Positions 49,112 to 61,721 of a stretch of DNA of 64,000 nucleotides are shown in pieces. How positions within the stretch are numbered: position 1 is the first letter of the stretch; each line of letters opens with the position of its first letter. The notes under the pieces are model-generated. The model ran no database searches. It was not told the origin of the DNA and worked only from the letters and a program-made list of their open reading frames with translations. The DNA comes from Callorhinchus milii. Lineage: Eukaryota. A program made the position numbers and the translations under genes. Location of the stretch: assembly GCF_018977255.1 (NCBI RefSeq), contig NW_024704742.1:95482001-95546000 (forward strand), in the 5' to 3' direction.

Positions 49112-52100
49112 GTAAGTGATCACAATCGCACTGAATATGAGAAAAAAATACAACTACAGAAATGATGTCTGTAACATGTCAGACTACTTTATAGAAACAA
49201 TTTCAAAGGATGAATTTCACAAGTTTCTCCCAGTCCAGCTGAAGGCAATTCACAATCTAAAGACAACAAGTTTTAAAACGAATCAATTCGGCAAACTCAT
49301 TAGCCCCATTGATGTACTGTAATAAAACAACATAATAATACAGTCTGATAACCCCACTTAATACCTCAGATCATAACAGACACTGTGCTGGGTCAGGACT
49401 AAATGTTCCAATTAACATTTTACTTTTTAACAGCTTTCAGCTCAGGACTTTTTGTTTATGACCTGTTTTATTCAGGCTTTAATCATTATGTGTCCTTTCT
49501 ATTTATGGCAGCTGAACTCTTCTGTTATTATCTCCAGTATTCAATGTGTTTGATCGTATGAGGACTTACATTGAGCTTTAGTCAATTAAAACTTGTAATT
49601 TTGATGATTAATATTTGGAAAGTTGTGTGTGCACTTAGTGTATGGGGGGGACAGGGAGTGGGTGGGGGGATTAATATGCTATGATATCACAAAGATGTGG
49701 TCTTTTTGTGTCCTGATATAGTGACTGTCTTGGCCCTGAAGCTCCCTGGTTTGTGAAGAATGTTTGTTCGTTCCAGATTGTTCAGAATTAAATTGCCGCC
49801 ATTTTTAAAATCTATCCTTTCAAACGTGCTTTCAACCACTTTCCCCGGGCTTCCCCTGCCCAACCCCCACCCCCCTTTAGGATCCCAGTCAGCTGTGGGA
49901 AACGACATGCTTTCCTAACTTGAAAGGTGCTACGTCAAATACAAGGATTATTGTTAATATTTTTTATTTTCCTGATCCTTGTGAACTGGAAGTCATAGCC
50001 AATGTTTTGCTATTGGGTTGTTTCGCAACTAAGCAAGGTCCAAAAGCAAGATTCTGGATGCAAAGTGGCGTTTGCTATTGTTCAGAACCATGGTTTTGTT
50101 TAGCAAATGCCACAATTTCAGGTGTAAAATTAAATTTGCTTTCCGAATAGTTATTTCCAGTTTTCAAATGCCATATTTTGATCCGATACAAGGCTCCAAC
50201 TTTAACCCTTTAATTGCATTTAATTTGCTTTTAATTACACTCACCAATTTTTTTTTCTGAAGCAAGCAACATTGGTTTGTGTGATGTAAGATTCCACAAA
50301 ACGGTTTCCAGTGTCAGTGAAGATGTGGAGCTCCGAAATGGCCTGCTGTAGTCTGGAGTTTAATCTGAACGTTAAGGGTCATTTGGCTTTGCTGAATGTA
50401 ATTCAGAAAGAAAATATTTGGCTCCTTGTCTAGATTCCTTTGATTTGGATGAGATTCATTTGACGTGGATCAGTTTTTCCTTTCATGCCTCTTACATCTC
50501 ATTCATTATAACAATATATAAGATGACGGGTGTAGGAATTGGCGCCAATAGAGTCTCGATGAGCCAAATTTTCTCTTGGGTAGTAATTTCTTTGTTTCTA
50601 ATAATACTAATAACAGCACTTTGTTAAACATATCACATGTTCTTTTAGGAGGTGAGCAAAAGTTTACTAAAACCTTTACCTTTTACAATCTCTAACTAAT
50701 ATTATTTAGCAGTAGGATGAAGCTGTATTAATTGTGTTAATGTGATTACAGGGGACATTTCATACATGGCATTTGAAGTTTAAGATGTTACAGACAAGAT
50801 TGCAATCTCTAGTTTTCGATCAATATCTGATATTTCATTATATGCATTAGTTAGTTGTTTCGCATGTGTGCTAATGACTAGAAGCAAAATGACTCATCAA
50901 TAGATTATGTTTTGATGGAAGAAAGCATCTTTTGACAGACTTGCGTCAGTCTGCTCACAGCACTGCATTAATGGAACCAGTACCAGGTGTAATAAGCAAG
51001 CACTCTCTTCATCACCACTGCATCTATTCAATTCAGTTCAGGCTCTGAAGTGGTAGTTAATTAAAATACACAGATGAGCATAACTGAAGAAGCTGAGTGC
51101 TCTTTCACTCATTTTCAATTTCCATTTCTCAATAGAAGAGCATTAAAATTCCAGACCTGAGCTTCAGGGTTCTCATGGTAACAGCTTCTTTTTTTGTTCC
51201 TTCTTGTTTCTGTGATATTTTTTCAATCATGAAAGAATCATTGGATCAGGATCTCTCAGTAAATGTTTTCCTTCATCTCCACCTAATATTTAGTTTTGGG
51301 AAGAGCGCACAACTCTCCCTTTGAAACTGAATGACTTGCGAACTTGTGCTTCAATTTAGTGACTGAAATACTGACAGAAAATCACCCTTATTACTTGTCT
51401 GCAGTTAGCCTCTTTTAATCAAAACAAAGCCATACAAACAGTGGAGTAGAACTCACTGAAGGTCGCAGTCTTTACTGAAGCCCTACAATTTATTTTAGTT
51501 TGGCATTTTGCACCCTATTTTCTATAAAATATTTGATATAAATATTTGATATTACTGTGAAATGTTTTGAGATGTTTCGATGACATGATAAGGCCCTATA
51601 TCAAATGCATGGATTATTATTATTATTTAGAACGGTGTGTCTTTATGGGGATTTGATTATCTTCTGCAATGCAGAAGTGGACATAGTACTGGTGTTGAGT
51701 TGGAAGTGTTCAATTACTGTACCTGCATTGGGATATCTACTGCCTGAGGCCCGTTAACAACAACAACAAGATTACATTTGTATAGCGCCTTTCACGTCAG
51801 GAGGATATCCCAACTATTCTGGTGTTAAATGTTGGACACTGAATTGTTGTAATATTAGAAAAAAATAATTTCAAATACATGCAGGTTCCCTTCCTACCAG
51901 CTTAGCGTTTTATAAACCTCTCTGAGGTCAATTTTCTAACAATACAAAAAGTACAGACTTCAGTCTTTTTTCCGTAATGAAGGAAACAAGAAGCCTCCAC
52001 GTGACTTGTTCCTTGTCTAAAGCGGCCTGTAAGGGAGAGATTCCAAGTGCAAATGAACATTGAAGGCCTTGTCACCACTTGATTGTCTCGTGTACAAGGG

Positions 52101-52231
52101 TAGAAAAAAAAGCAGTGCTGAAGAATAAGTCACTTGCCTGTCCTCGTGGATGGATTGTGCATTAAAGAACATAAAGAAGAGTTACGGGTGAGGACAGGCC
52201 ATTCAGCCCATCAAAGCACATCCTTCTAGTG

Positions 52232-52600
52232 CAGTTGTGGCCGACCGCTGGCATGTGATACGCCATCCCCTTGGTAGTGGCACGCAACACATTTTATGAC
52301 TGGAGGCCACTGTTTGGAGGTTGCTGCTCCCTGGGCCCCGGGTACCGGGATCACCAGGACCAACGTGTGCTCAGGACAGTGAGGAAGGCCGGGCTGCAGA
52401 GGGGACGACAGTTTTACGCATGCAGCCGGCCATAGGGTGAGATCTCGGACCACCACTCTCAGTGCGTTTGTGTGGGTCAGTGGGAGATGAGGGGAGGGGA
52501 AGAGACCTGGTGAGGCAGGGTAATCGGGAGCCACAGAGGAGGAGAGGGAGCTGATACTCGCTGATTATTACATGTCCCCTCGCGAAACGTGGTGATAGTG
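52232..52600. mobile_element. Possible left end of a hAT-like element (GC/CpG-rich patch)
   Basis: ttctagtg|cagttgtggccgacc followed by tggcatgtg / tggcacgc subterminal-like motifs; no partner end found. Confidence 0.3.
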
Positions 52601-52749
52601 TGACTGTGTGTGTGTGTGTCCTGAGTACCTGAAATACAGGGAGGTTGACATTTTGCTGTATTTGCAAGGCTCCTCCATATTCACATTCGTATTTTGCACT
52701 GTAATAACCTTGTTTTTTTAACTTCTGTTGTATATTATAATAGTAAATA

Positions 52750-53140
52750 ATATTATGATAATAATAAATGATACAAACCCTCAATGCAGACGTCTTCAAG
52801 CGCTTTGCAGGGTCTCGCTGTAAAGTGTAGTGACTGAGTGATTTGCAGGCAGACGATTTTATCACAGCCACGTCTCCGTAAACAGCCGCGAGCAGTTTTA
52901 CTGTCGGCCAGGAGATTGGGAAACTCTTTTCTCTTTTCCTTGACGGTACTGCGGGAGATATTTAACGTGAACCCTGAACAAGGCATGGATGGGAAGTGAG
53001 GTTTAACAGCTCCGGCAATGCAGTGCTTTCTCTCCCCAGCACTGCATTGGAGCATCAGCCTGGTCTCTGAGCTCAAAGTCCCTGAGGGGGTTTGAACCCA
53101 CAACTTTCTGGCTCCGAGGTGAGAGTGAGAGCGACTGAGC
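52750..53140 (-). mobile_element. Older Deu-type SINE
   Basis: Homologous to 3000-3440. Confidence 0.75.
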
Positions 53141-53559
53141 TACTTAGCGACTGACACGTTTAGCTCAGATCGAGGGATTAATTGGGGGAAGATGAGAGTC
53201 ACTAAAAGTGCTTTTGAGCCTAGATTTCTTCAGGTAATCACTCTGAATTGGAGTGATATTATGACCTGCTATGACTGGAAAGAGGAATGGTTGTGTTGCT
53301 TTGTTGGAAAAGTTTTGGAATGCAGGTTATTGAAGTACCATTTTATTATTCATAAGGAGGCTCTTTGCGCCCAAACTTTGGACTTCCCTTGTGTACCTGT
53401 GTACTTGTTGTGCATTGCATAAACAAAATTTGTGCGCGTGCATTAAACCGCCGAAAATTTCATAACTTGTTTGATGAAGATACAAATGAACAAAAAGCAA
53501 ATTCAGAAGCCTCATTGAGTGATGTGTTTGATATTTTATTGTGAATTTCTTAATAAATA

Positions 53560-54197
53560 CACTGCCTCACCCCTCAGGCTGCCGAAATCCTCACTCAGGC
53601 ATTCATCATATTAAGGCTCGATTATGGAAATTCCCTCCTCATCGGCCTTCCCAACTCTTCCCTTCACAAGCTGCAGATCATACAAAACTCTGCAGCTCAT
53701 GTACTTTTGCGCACCAGGCTCTTTGACCCCATCACTCCCACCCTCGCCCGACTCCAATGGCTCTCCATCCCTCAGAGGATTGAATTCAAGATCCTCATCC
53801 TCACTTTCAGGACCATTCATGGCCTTGCCTCCTCCTAGCTCTGTGACCTCCTGACTCCCTACCAACCTGCCCGCTCGTTCCGTTCAACGGGCTCCGGTCT
53901 GCTCCATGACTCCCGCCCGACCCGCCCTACCATTGGTGGCCGGGCTTTCAGCCTCTCTGCCCCCACACTCTGGAACTCCATCTCAGAGTCGCTTCGCTTC
54001 CTCCCTTGCCTCCTTCAAGGCCAGTCTCAAGACCATCCTCTTCGATTGTGCCTTTGGTCGCCCTCCCACCTCTTTGCTTTCTCTCACCCCTACCCCACCC
54101 CTCCCCCATGCTTGAGTCCTGACCCCTGACTGTCCAGTGCCTTGGGACGTCCTACTGACGTGAAAGGCGCTTTATAAATTTAATTTTGTTGTTGTTG
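53560..54197 (+). mobile_element. L2-type LINE 3' fragment
   Basis: Closely similar to 40735-41372; (ttg)n tail. Confidence 0.9.
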
Positions 54198-54459
54198 TAG
54201 TTCGTTGCAGACAATTGTCAGTCCTTGAGTAAGGAAGATTTTGCTGAATTTGGATTTCACTGACTTCTATCTGAGGCCTGACATTCCACCTAATGTTTGC
54301 CTGTAAGGACAATGTGTCTTAAAATTCAAATTACTTAGAAATGTGTACAACTCACAAATTTTGTCTTATTCAGAAGCTGGTTTTCTATATTTCTTAAAAT
54401 TATGAAGTATGCAGATTAAGACAGAATTTAAAATCGTCTTCAATTCTGCTCAATTCTAT

Positions 54460-54665
54460 AATGCACTGCCTGAAAGGTGGAAAAAGATTCATTAACGACT
54501 TTCAAAAGGGAATTAGATAGGTACTTGAAAAGGGAAAAATTGCAAGGATATACGGAAAGAGTGGGGTAGTGGGACTGATTGGGTAGCTCTTCCAAAGAGC
54601 TGGCACAGGCACAATGGTCCGAATGGCCTCTTTCTGTGCTATAATATTCTATGATTCTATGATAG
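54460..54665 (+). mobile_element. CR1-type LINE 3' end
   Basis: aatgcactgcctgaaagg...gaatggcctctttctgtgct; (ttctatga)n tail. Confidence 0.8.
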
Positions 54666-54869
54666 TAAATTTTAAGACAAAAAGTGATCCAATGGGCCAA
54701 ACACTTTGAATTTTGCAAGTCTAGTCTTATTTTGGGGCTTATTTTAAAGTCATAGTCTCGGTTCACTCGATTTACACCATTAACTATTCTGTATACATCT
54801 ATGAAATTCCGCCAGTTCTACTTAGAATGGAAACAATGAGACTCCACATCAGCCTTATAATACATACAT

Positions 54870-55260
54870 ACAACAGCAACAAACTGCACTTATATAACGC
54901 CCTCCATGCAGGGAAGGTTCTCAGAGCACTTAACAGTGGCGGAGCCTGACTCCGAACCGGGACGTGGGGTGGGGGGGAGTAGGCCATAAGCATGGTTGAA
55001 GAGGTAGGCCTTCAGGTGGGAGTTGGAAAAAGGGAGAGAGGGGGCAAGGCAGAGGGATCCAGAGAGTGTTCCAGAGTTTTGGGGCATAGTGGCTGAAAGC
55101 GCGACCTCCAGTGGTGGGGTGGAGGGTATGAGGGATGAGCAGGAGGCCAGTGCCAGTCGAGTGGAGGTGCCGGATGGTGGATTGGGGAGTGAGGAGGTCA
55201 TAGAGGTAGGGAAGTCCCAGAGAGTGAAGGGATTTGGACATGAGCGTGAGGATTGTATAA
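54870..55260 (-). mobile_element. Older L2-type LINE 3' fragment
   Basis: GGRAFSHYAPKLWNTL remnant. Confidence 0.8.
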
Positions 55261-56339
55261 AGCATTCTACAAAATACAATCACTGCAGTGCACTTCTGTG
55301 AAGCACTTTGAGATGTCTTGCCAATACGAAATGGAAGGATTATTATTATTATTTTTACCTCTCCCTTTAGAACTCATGGTTTACTGCTTTTTTTTTACAT
55401 AGTCATGTTCATCCTCTCTAGTAAATACTTCCAGAGAATATTAATTTAATATTTTGTCGAACATATGATCTTCTTTAACACCATTGTCTTCTTTTTATCT
55501 ATAACAGTTTAACTTTTTCCCTTCACCTCTCTTTACTGTTATGGCAGAGACCAAGTTTTGAAGTGGGAATGTAAACCAAGCAGCAACAAAACACTAAGAT
55601 AAGCACAAATAAGGAGGCAAATATTAAATCCACCAAAAGGCTGGCACAGCAGTCCACACAGTAGGTTCTAGCAATGATGAACGTAAAGAGGTTATACGAA
55701 TGAGGGAGGGGGCTAGCCTCACCTGATTATTTTACTGCTAATTCGAGTGCTATAGCAATCACTGACCTAGTGAAAACACACAACTTCAGCTTCATTATTG
55801 TATTACCATTATCTGCTTTAACGCCTCAAAATACAATTTAAACCTCTAAGCGCTGTGCAGTGTTAGGGTGCAGTGACACTTGAAGCCTCACTGCTGGTTT
55901 TGATGTGTTTTTAGGCAGCAGGTGGGTGACTCAGTCATTGTCTGAAAAACTAGTGTTTCGGGCTATTTATTCAGCCAACAAGAACACTTTAAATCAAATC
56001 TTGCTCTTATCACCACTCCGAAACAGACTACGCTTGCTGAAAAGAGATGAAAAAGTACATTTTAAAAAAAAAATCAAAGGGGAAAAAAGGTAGAGTTGAG
56101 TAGGTTAGGAAAAAATAACATATTGAGAATGCTCCATGTTAGGACTTTAAAATCATATTGTCTTGATTGACACTATAATGCATTCGGGGGAGTGTTGTAT
56201 TTTTGACCATCCTTCTGATGAGACATTAAACCGAGTTCTTGACTGCCTATTCACGTGGGGGTTAAAGATTCCTTGGCACTTTTTGAAAGAAGAGGGGGTT
56301 TCTCCTGGTTTCCTGGGCAACTATATCCTAGATAAAATT

Positions 56340-57482
56340 GGTCACTCACTTCAGGTTCTGTCCTTGAATAGTTCAGTTCTTATATCTCACACCATCTCCA
56401 ATTTGTCTCCGCCAACGGTTTCTCTTCCAGCCCCCGCACAGTCTATTGCTGTGTTCCTCAGGGCTCTGTCTTTGGTCCCCTCTTCGTCAACCTCTACATG
56501 CTCCCCCTTGGTGATATCATCTGCAGACATTAGGTCAACTTCCACATGTTTGCGGATGACACCCAACTCTACCTCTCTGCCTCCACCCTCGATTCCAGGA
56601 CAACGATATCTTGACAGAATGTCTGTCAGACATCAAGTCCTGGATGAGAGCCAACTTTCTACAGCTGAATGTAAGAAAGACTGAGGCCCTCCTGATTGGC
56701 TCACGCCAACACCTCAGCACCTTAGGCACTGGCAGCATCAGTATCCACAATTGCACACGCCACCTCACCAAGCCAGTCAGGAAGCTGGGAGTCTTGTTCG
56801 ACCCACAACTGTCTTTTCTCCCCCATGTCGTGCCACGACCCGCTCTGCCTTCTCCACCTCCGCAACATTGCCCAACTCCACCACTGCCTCCCGCCAAAAC
56901 ATTCATACACGCATTTGTCACCTCAAGGCTCGACTGCAGAAACTCCCTCCTTGTTGGCCTTCCCATCTCTTTCCTCCACAAACTGCAGATCATACGGAAA
57001 TCTGCAGCTTGTGTCCTCTCCCGCACCAGGTTCCGTGACCCCATCATACCCTCCCTCATCCGACTCCATTGGCTCCCCATCCCTCAGAGGGTAGAATTCA
57101 AAATCCTCGTCCTCACTTTCAAAGCCTTGCCCCCTCCTACCTCTCTAACCTTCTGACTCCCTATCAACCTGTCCGCTCCCTCCATTCAGCAGGCTCCGGC
57201 TTGCTCCATGTCTCCATTGGTAGCCGGGCTTTCAGCCTCTCTGCCCCCACCCTTTGGAACTCCATCCCACAATCCCTTCACCTTGCTCCCTCCCTTGCCT
57301 CCTTCAAGGCACGACTCAAGACCCTCCTTTTCGACTGTACTTTCAGCCGCCTTCCTAGTTCTCTGCCCTCCCTCATCCCAACCCTGCCCCACCACGCTTA
57401 GGTCCTGATCCCTGACTGTTCAGCACCTTGGGATATCCTCCCATGGTGAAAGGTGCTTTACAAATGCAATTTTGTTGTTGTT
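56340..57482 (+). mobile_element. L2-type LINE with RT remnants
   Basis: Nucleotide remnants of the PQGS and ADDTQL motifs; CLSDIKSWMRANFLQLN...KTE; tail tttgttgttg. Confidence 0.92.
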
Positions 57483-58589
57483 CATGGTTGTTTATTGGAC
57501 ATTGCTCTGCTCAAATTGGCTGCTACATTATTTACTATAAAATCACTAACTACACTTTACAGAATATCCTGTGAAGCTCTTTGAGATGTCCTCCTGACAT
57601 AATAATGCTTGCATTTGGTATAGTGCCTTATCACATCTTCGAGACATCTTAAAGTGCTTCACATAATATACTGTAAAGTGAATTGACTGTATATTTTGTG
57701 GATGAAATGCGGCAGCCAATTGTTCACAGTAATATCTCACAAACAGTTGTGCATTGAGTGACCAAATTATTTATTTTTCAAGTTAATTTTGAAGGAATTA
57801 TTGGCCCAGGAAATGAAAGGTGCTTTATCAAATGTATGGATTATTTTTATTATAACCTGAATCCGCAGAGTGAGTAGACAACATGTATTGAGACTGCCAT
57901 GTGGGTTTCATATAATTCAAGATGGACAATTGTTCCATTGTTTTCTTTCCCATTTTGCTCCTTTCTTTCAATACTCTAGTCTACGCTACTGTAATCCATG
58001 TGATGAAACACCCTCAAGCCCTATCAGGTAGAGCCTGTGGCAGATGTGCATTTTCTTGAATATGAATATATTTGAGCCAGAATCGTACTTTTATCTCCAG
58101 GTTGCCACTTGCAGTCTGGCTGAGAACTGATAAAATACATTGCAAAAGCACCAAAAAAGCTGGGCAAGAGAACCCGTTGTTGAGTCACATTTACTCTGAG
58201 CGTTTCTGTCTCCAATCATCAGTCCATTCATTGCCCACTCACTCTTGGTGTTCCTGCTTTGTATTGTCCTTTGGCACCAGTGCACTGAAAATCTTGATGC
58301 AGGATCAATATCTAATCAGTCAGTATAAAGAGAACGTCAAAGTCCTGTGAAAGGCAGGATATGTCAAGAATTATTGATGCTTGGATCAGCACTTCAGTAC
58401 AACAAGCGTGAGTGTGTGATGTGTGCTTTGGAGTTCTGCTCAGAACATTTTGAGTGACACGAAAGTTTGTTGAGATTCCAGTTTTATTGAAATTATCACT
58501 GATACTATTCTTGCTCTTATACTACAGTTATGTAGCTTAGGATATTCAATGAATGCATTCATTGTCTTAGACGTTATAACTTAATAAGG

Positions 58590-58910
58590 GAACATATAAC
58601 CCAAATGGGAACATAGATATAGGATAGCCACAAGAAGAGTGAAATGAGAGGTTAGGAAAATTGTTTCCACGCAGGGAGTTGTTCTGACGGTGAATGCCTT
58701 GCCATGTAAGATGATAGAGGCATAGTCCATTGTGGGTACCAAGAGGGAGGCAGACAGGTATATGAAAATTAGAGGCTTGAAGGACTGTGGGGATGGGGTA
58801 TGGAGATAGGGCATGGCAGTGGGATTGAAAGGACAACTTGCTCTGAGAGCCAGTGCAGACTCAATGGGCTGAATGGCCTCCTTCTGTACTGTAAACTTCT
58901 ATGATTCTAA
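58590..58910 (+). mobile_element. CR1-type LINE 3' end
   Basis: gggctgaatggcctccttctgtactgtaaacttctatgattcta tail. Confidence 0.8.
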
Positions 58911-59554
58911 TTGCAGTGAATGGGTTATGTGGCCACAATGCGGTGTTTAATGCGTCCCATATTTCTTTTTAAAGAAAAATCTAGATTTTTTTTAAGGAGT
59001 TGCTTCAATTAAAAAAATTGCTTCACAAATACAGCAGTTAGAGAAGTAATGTATGTTGATCCACGGGATATAGCAAATACTTAAATAAATGATTTATATT
59101 ACATGGTTACAGCTAATTCCGTACGAGTGGCTGATTTCCATATCCATGTTCAGCTTAAATCCCTGATGTAACCTGATGCACATTGTGTAATTGGTTATAG
59201 TTTCAATTAATTTGTTTAATCAGAATCCATTTGTGTAAGATGGAATCTCTCACCTGGAGTGTTTCTATGGGATGTCACAGGCACCAGGAAGTACAGGGTT
59301 CTGTTCTATTCATTGGATGTCACTCAGTGGGGCTACATTTCAATTACACACATTTATTACTGTCTCTAGAATGAAAGCCTGATTTTTGCAGTTGAAGGTG
59401 TGCAAAAAGATGTGTTACATATCTATGTGTGACTCCATGAATTAATACAGTAATATCCTTGGGATCCATGAGCTTAATGCAGACCAGGAAATCTAAAGTT
59501 GCAGTGACATAGGTAAAAGGGTAGCAGGAAGTGCTGCAAAACTTAATAAAATAA

Positions 59555-59950
59555 GTAATAATCTTTGCATTTGATATAGTGCCTTTCATATCAGAAACTT
59601 CTCAAAGATATAAGGTAATGAATAGTGACTGTATCTTATAGACGAATGCCGCAGACGATTTATGCATAACAATGTCCCACAAACAGCCATGAAGTGAATG
59701 AACAATTTTGGACCAATTTAGGGAATTATTTGCCAGGACACCAGGAGAAATTCCCTTCTCTTTTTAAGTATCACTATGGGATCATTAACTTCCACTGAAT
59801 AGGCAGACATCTCATTTGAAAGACAGTACCTCCAACAAGCAACACACCTCCAATGTGTCACTGTAGACTATGAGAGTTCAAAGTCCCAATGTGGGGCTTG
59901 AGCCCCCAACCTTCTGACTCAGAGGTGAGAATGCAACCAACTAAGCCAGG
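59555..59950 (-). mobile_element. Older Deu-type SINE
   Basis: Homologous to 3000-3440; ends aaccttctgactcagaggtgagaatgcaaccaactaagcca. Confidence 0.8.
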
Positions 59951-60124
59951 CTGATGTCCAACATCACAATATAATATTTACTACAGTTTTAGATTGGAAA
60001 CACATTGTTACAATATGTTCTTAATAAAGACTTTTGAACGGACTTTTATGACTCTTTGAAGCTCAAATCTAATCTAGCTATAACTATGATATTGTAACCT
60101 ATAAAACGTGATTGAAACTCAAAC

Positions 60125-60443
60125 GTGGAGTCCTGTAGCTCAGTGGTTAGAGCACTCGCTTTGCAAGCGAGAGACCTGAGTTCAATTCCAGGCAGGGCGA
60201 AACCTTGGGCAAGTTTCCTTACTCCACACGCCTAATAATAATCCCTCCAAAAAACAAAAACAATAATAAATTGGTCATTTTCAATCTACGACTGTTTGTG
60301 GGACATTGCTGTGCGCAATTGGCTGCCGCGTTCGCCCACAAATATACAGTCAATTCACTTTACAGTGTGTTCTGTGAAGCGCTTTGGGACGTCCTCCCGA
60401 CGTGAAAAGCGCTATATCAAATGCAAGGATTATTATTATTATT
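60125..60443 (+). mobile_element. Young tRNA-head SINE, short form
   Basis: Cloverleaf-like head (TGC anticodon loop), Deu-type body, L2-matching tail. Confidence 0.92.
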
Positions 60444-60626
60444 AAACTCTGCTCAGCTTTGCTTTTGTGGATTTTCATGTGTGTAGAATGTCTTGGTCAG
60501 TTACTGGCTTGTATCTCACTGCTAGTTCTCTGTATCCATGTACATTTTTGGAGACTCTTGGAGAGCAAATGCAAAGTGAAAGACTATTTGGCATTAACAC
60601 ATTGTTATCATTTCCCCCAAAATTAG

Positions 60627-60737
60627 GATTTGTTTGCTCTCCACCTATTGCAACAGACACCTCACATGTGTGAAACTCAGTTTCTGCAAATATCTGACTG
60701 AAGACGTCATCAAAAAGCTGTGTAAAAACTGCAAACA
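60627..60737 (+). CDS. FBXL LRR exon
   Basis: tttcccccaaaattag| (G)ICLLSTYCNRHLTCVKLSFCKYLTEDVIKKLCKNCK ca|gtaagt; phase 2 to 2. Confidence 0.9.
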
Positions 60738-61034
60738 GTAAGTTTGGGGTATCTCATCAAATTGGGGTTATTTTAAAACCATGGACGAAAGTTGGGAACT
60801 TGAGATATACTCATGGTTGAAAAATGCAACCTGACCTAATGTATAAACTCAATCATCAGTGTGATTTCTGATTCTCCCCCTTCACTCCCCCACCCCACAC
60901 ACCCTCCCCTGCCGGTATTTGTCATTCTTCTCTGTCAGGGATCTGATGCGTTTCAAAGCATTTCACCAGTAATGCCCGTCACGCCTAATGACTGATTTTG
61001 TAGACAAATACAGAAGTCATTAGATTGTCTAGCC

Positions 61035-61243
61035 CAGTGGTGGTCAATCTTTTTGGTTGACCAATCAAGTCAATTTTCGTAATTGAATAATTATTGGGTT
61101 GTGCCATGAATCAAGAAATATTCAAACAAGAAAAACCTGAAAACACACTTGAACACGGATTGAACACGGACTGACCTAGACTAATGCGAATGTTCATTGG
61201 GCCACTTCTTGGTGACCCGCAGGCTGTAGTTTGGCTGGCACTA
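61035..61243. mobile_element. ~210-bp hAT-type MITE in the last intron
   Basis: Exact 8-bp TSD gtctagcc (61027-61034, 61244-61251); degenerate TIRs cagtggtggtcaat / ttggctggcacta. Confidence 0.65.
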
Positions 61244-61348
61244 GTCTAGCCTATGTTTTCTACTCTTCCCTGTAAGCTTCAGCTCATAACCGATATGCAG
61301 TATATATTAGTATATTGTACATATGCCCTTTTCTCCCCTTGTTTCTAG

Positions 61349-61475
61349 TCTGACGATGCTTCATCTGTACGGGTGTCGTTCCATCCATAACCTGAAGGCC
61401 ATTCAAGATGTCAACAAACTTGTGAAGCTATTTCATGACCTTTCAGTCAGCACTCTCAAAACACAAGGTTGCTGA
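61349..61475 (+). CDS. FBXL terminal coding exon
   Basis: ttttctccccttgtttctag| (H)LTMLHLYGCRSIHNLKAIQDVNKLVKLFHDLSVSTLKTQGC-TGA. Confidence 0.88.
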
Positions 61476-61721
61476 AAAGTTGGGTTCTGTGCAGGCGTAT
61501 TAGTAAAATACCCACAACACTTTGATCTTCTGAACCTAGGACATGCATTAAGTGTTTACATCACAAATGGTTTGTTTCAAAAGTAAACATCCTATTTTAC
61601 AAGTATTTTCAGTCTCAAATACTATGACCTATCACAGTACTTTCTGAAGAGATGTTGTTGTTGCTGGATAACTCTTGGACCATAAGGCCAATGTTATAAC
61701 AGAAATGTTCCACAACAACAA

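Larger units (their letters stand above)
17149..61475 (+). other. Multi-exon F-box/LRR-repeat (FBXL-type) gene, confidently spliced portion (9 exons, 1227 nt, 408 aa + stop); 5' exons lie further upstream
   Basis: Manual splicing of exons 17149-17299, 29492-29661, 35923-36077, 37412-37489, 43352-43541, 46450-46577, 48995-49111, 60627-60737 and 61349-61475. All have AG/GT boundaries, matching phases and no stops. Product is an F-box (LPDELWISVLTLLSHRDLCQLSQVSHRFHRLANDETLW) followed by LxxLxLxxCxx(I/L)TD-type repeats. Confidence 0.92.

Noticed and set aside
56210..56236. ctgatgaga...ttaaac motif (also ~41442)
   Set aside because: Part of the older Deu-type SINE body; lacks GAAA and hammerhead stems.
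60129..60200. tRNA-Ala(TGC)-like cloverleaf (also at 9307, 28107, 29745, 42910)
   Set aside because: Imperfect T or acceptor stems, no oligo-T terminator, and always continuous with a SINE body: SINE head, not a tRNA gene.
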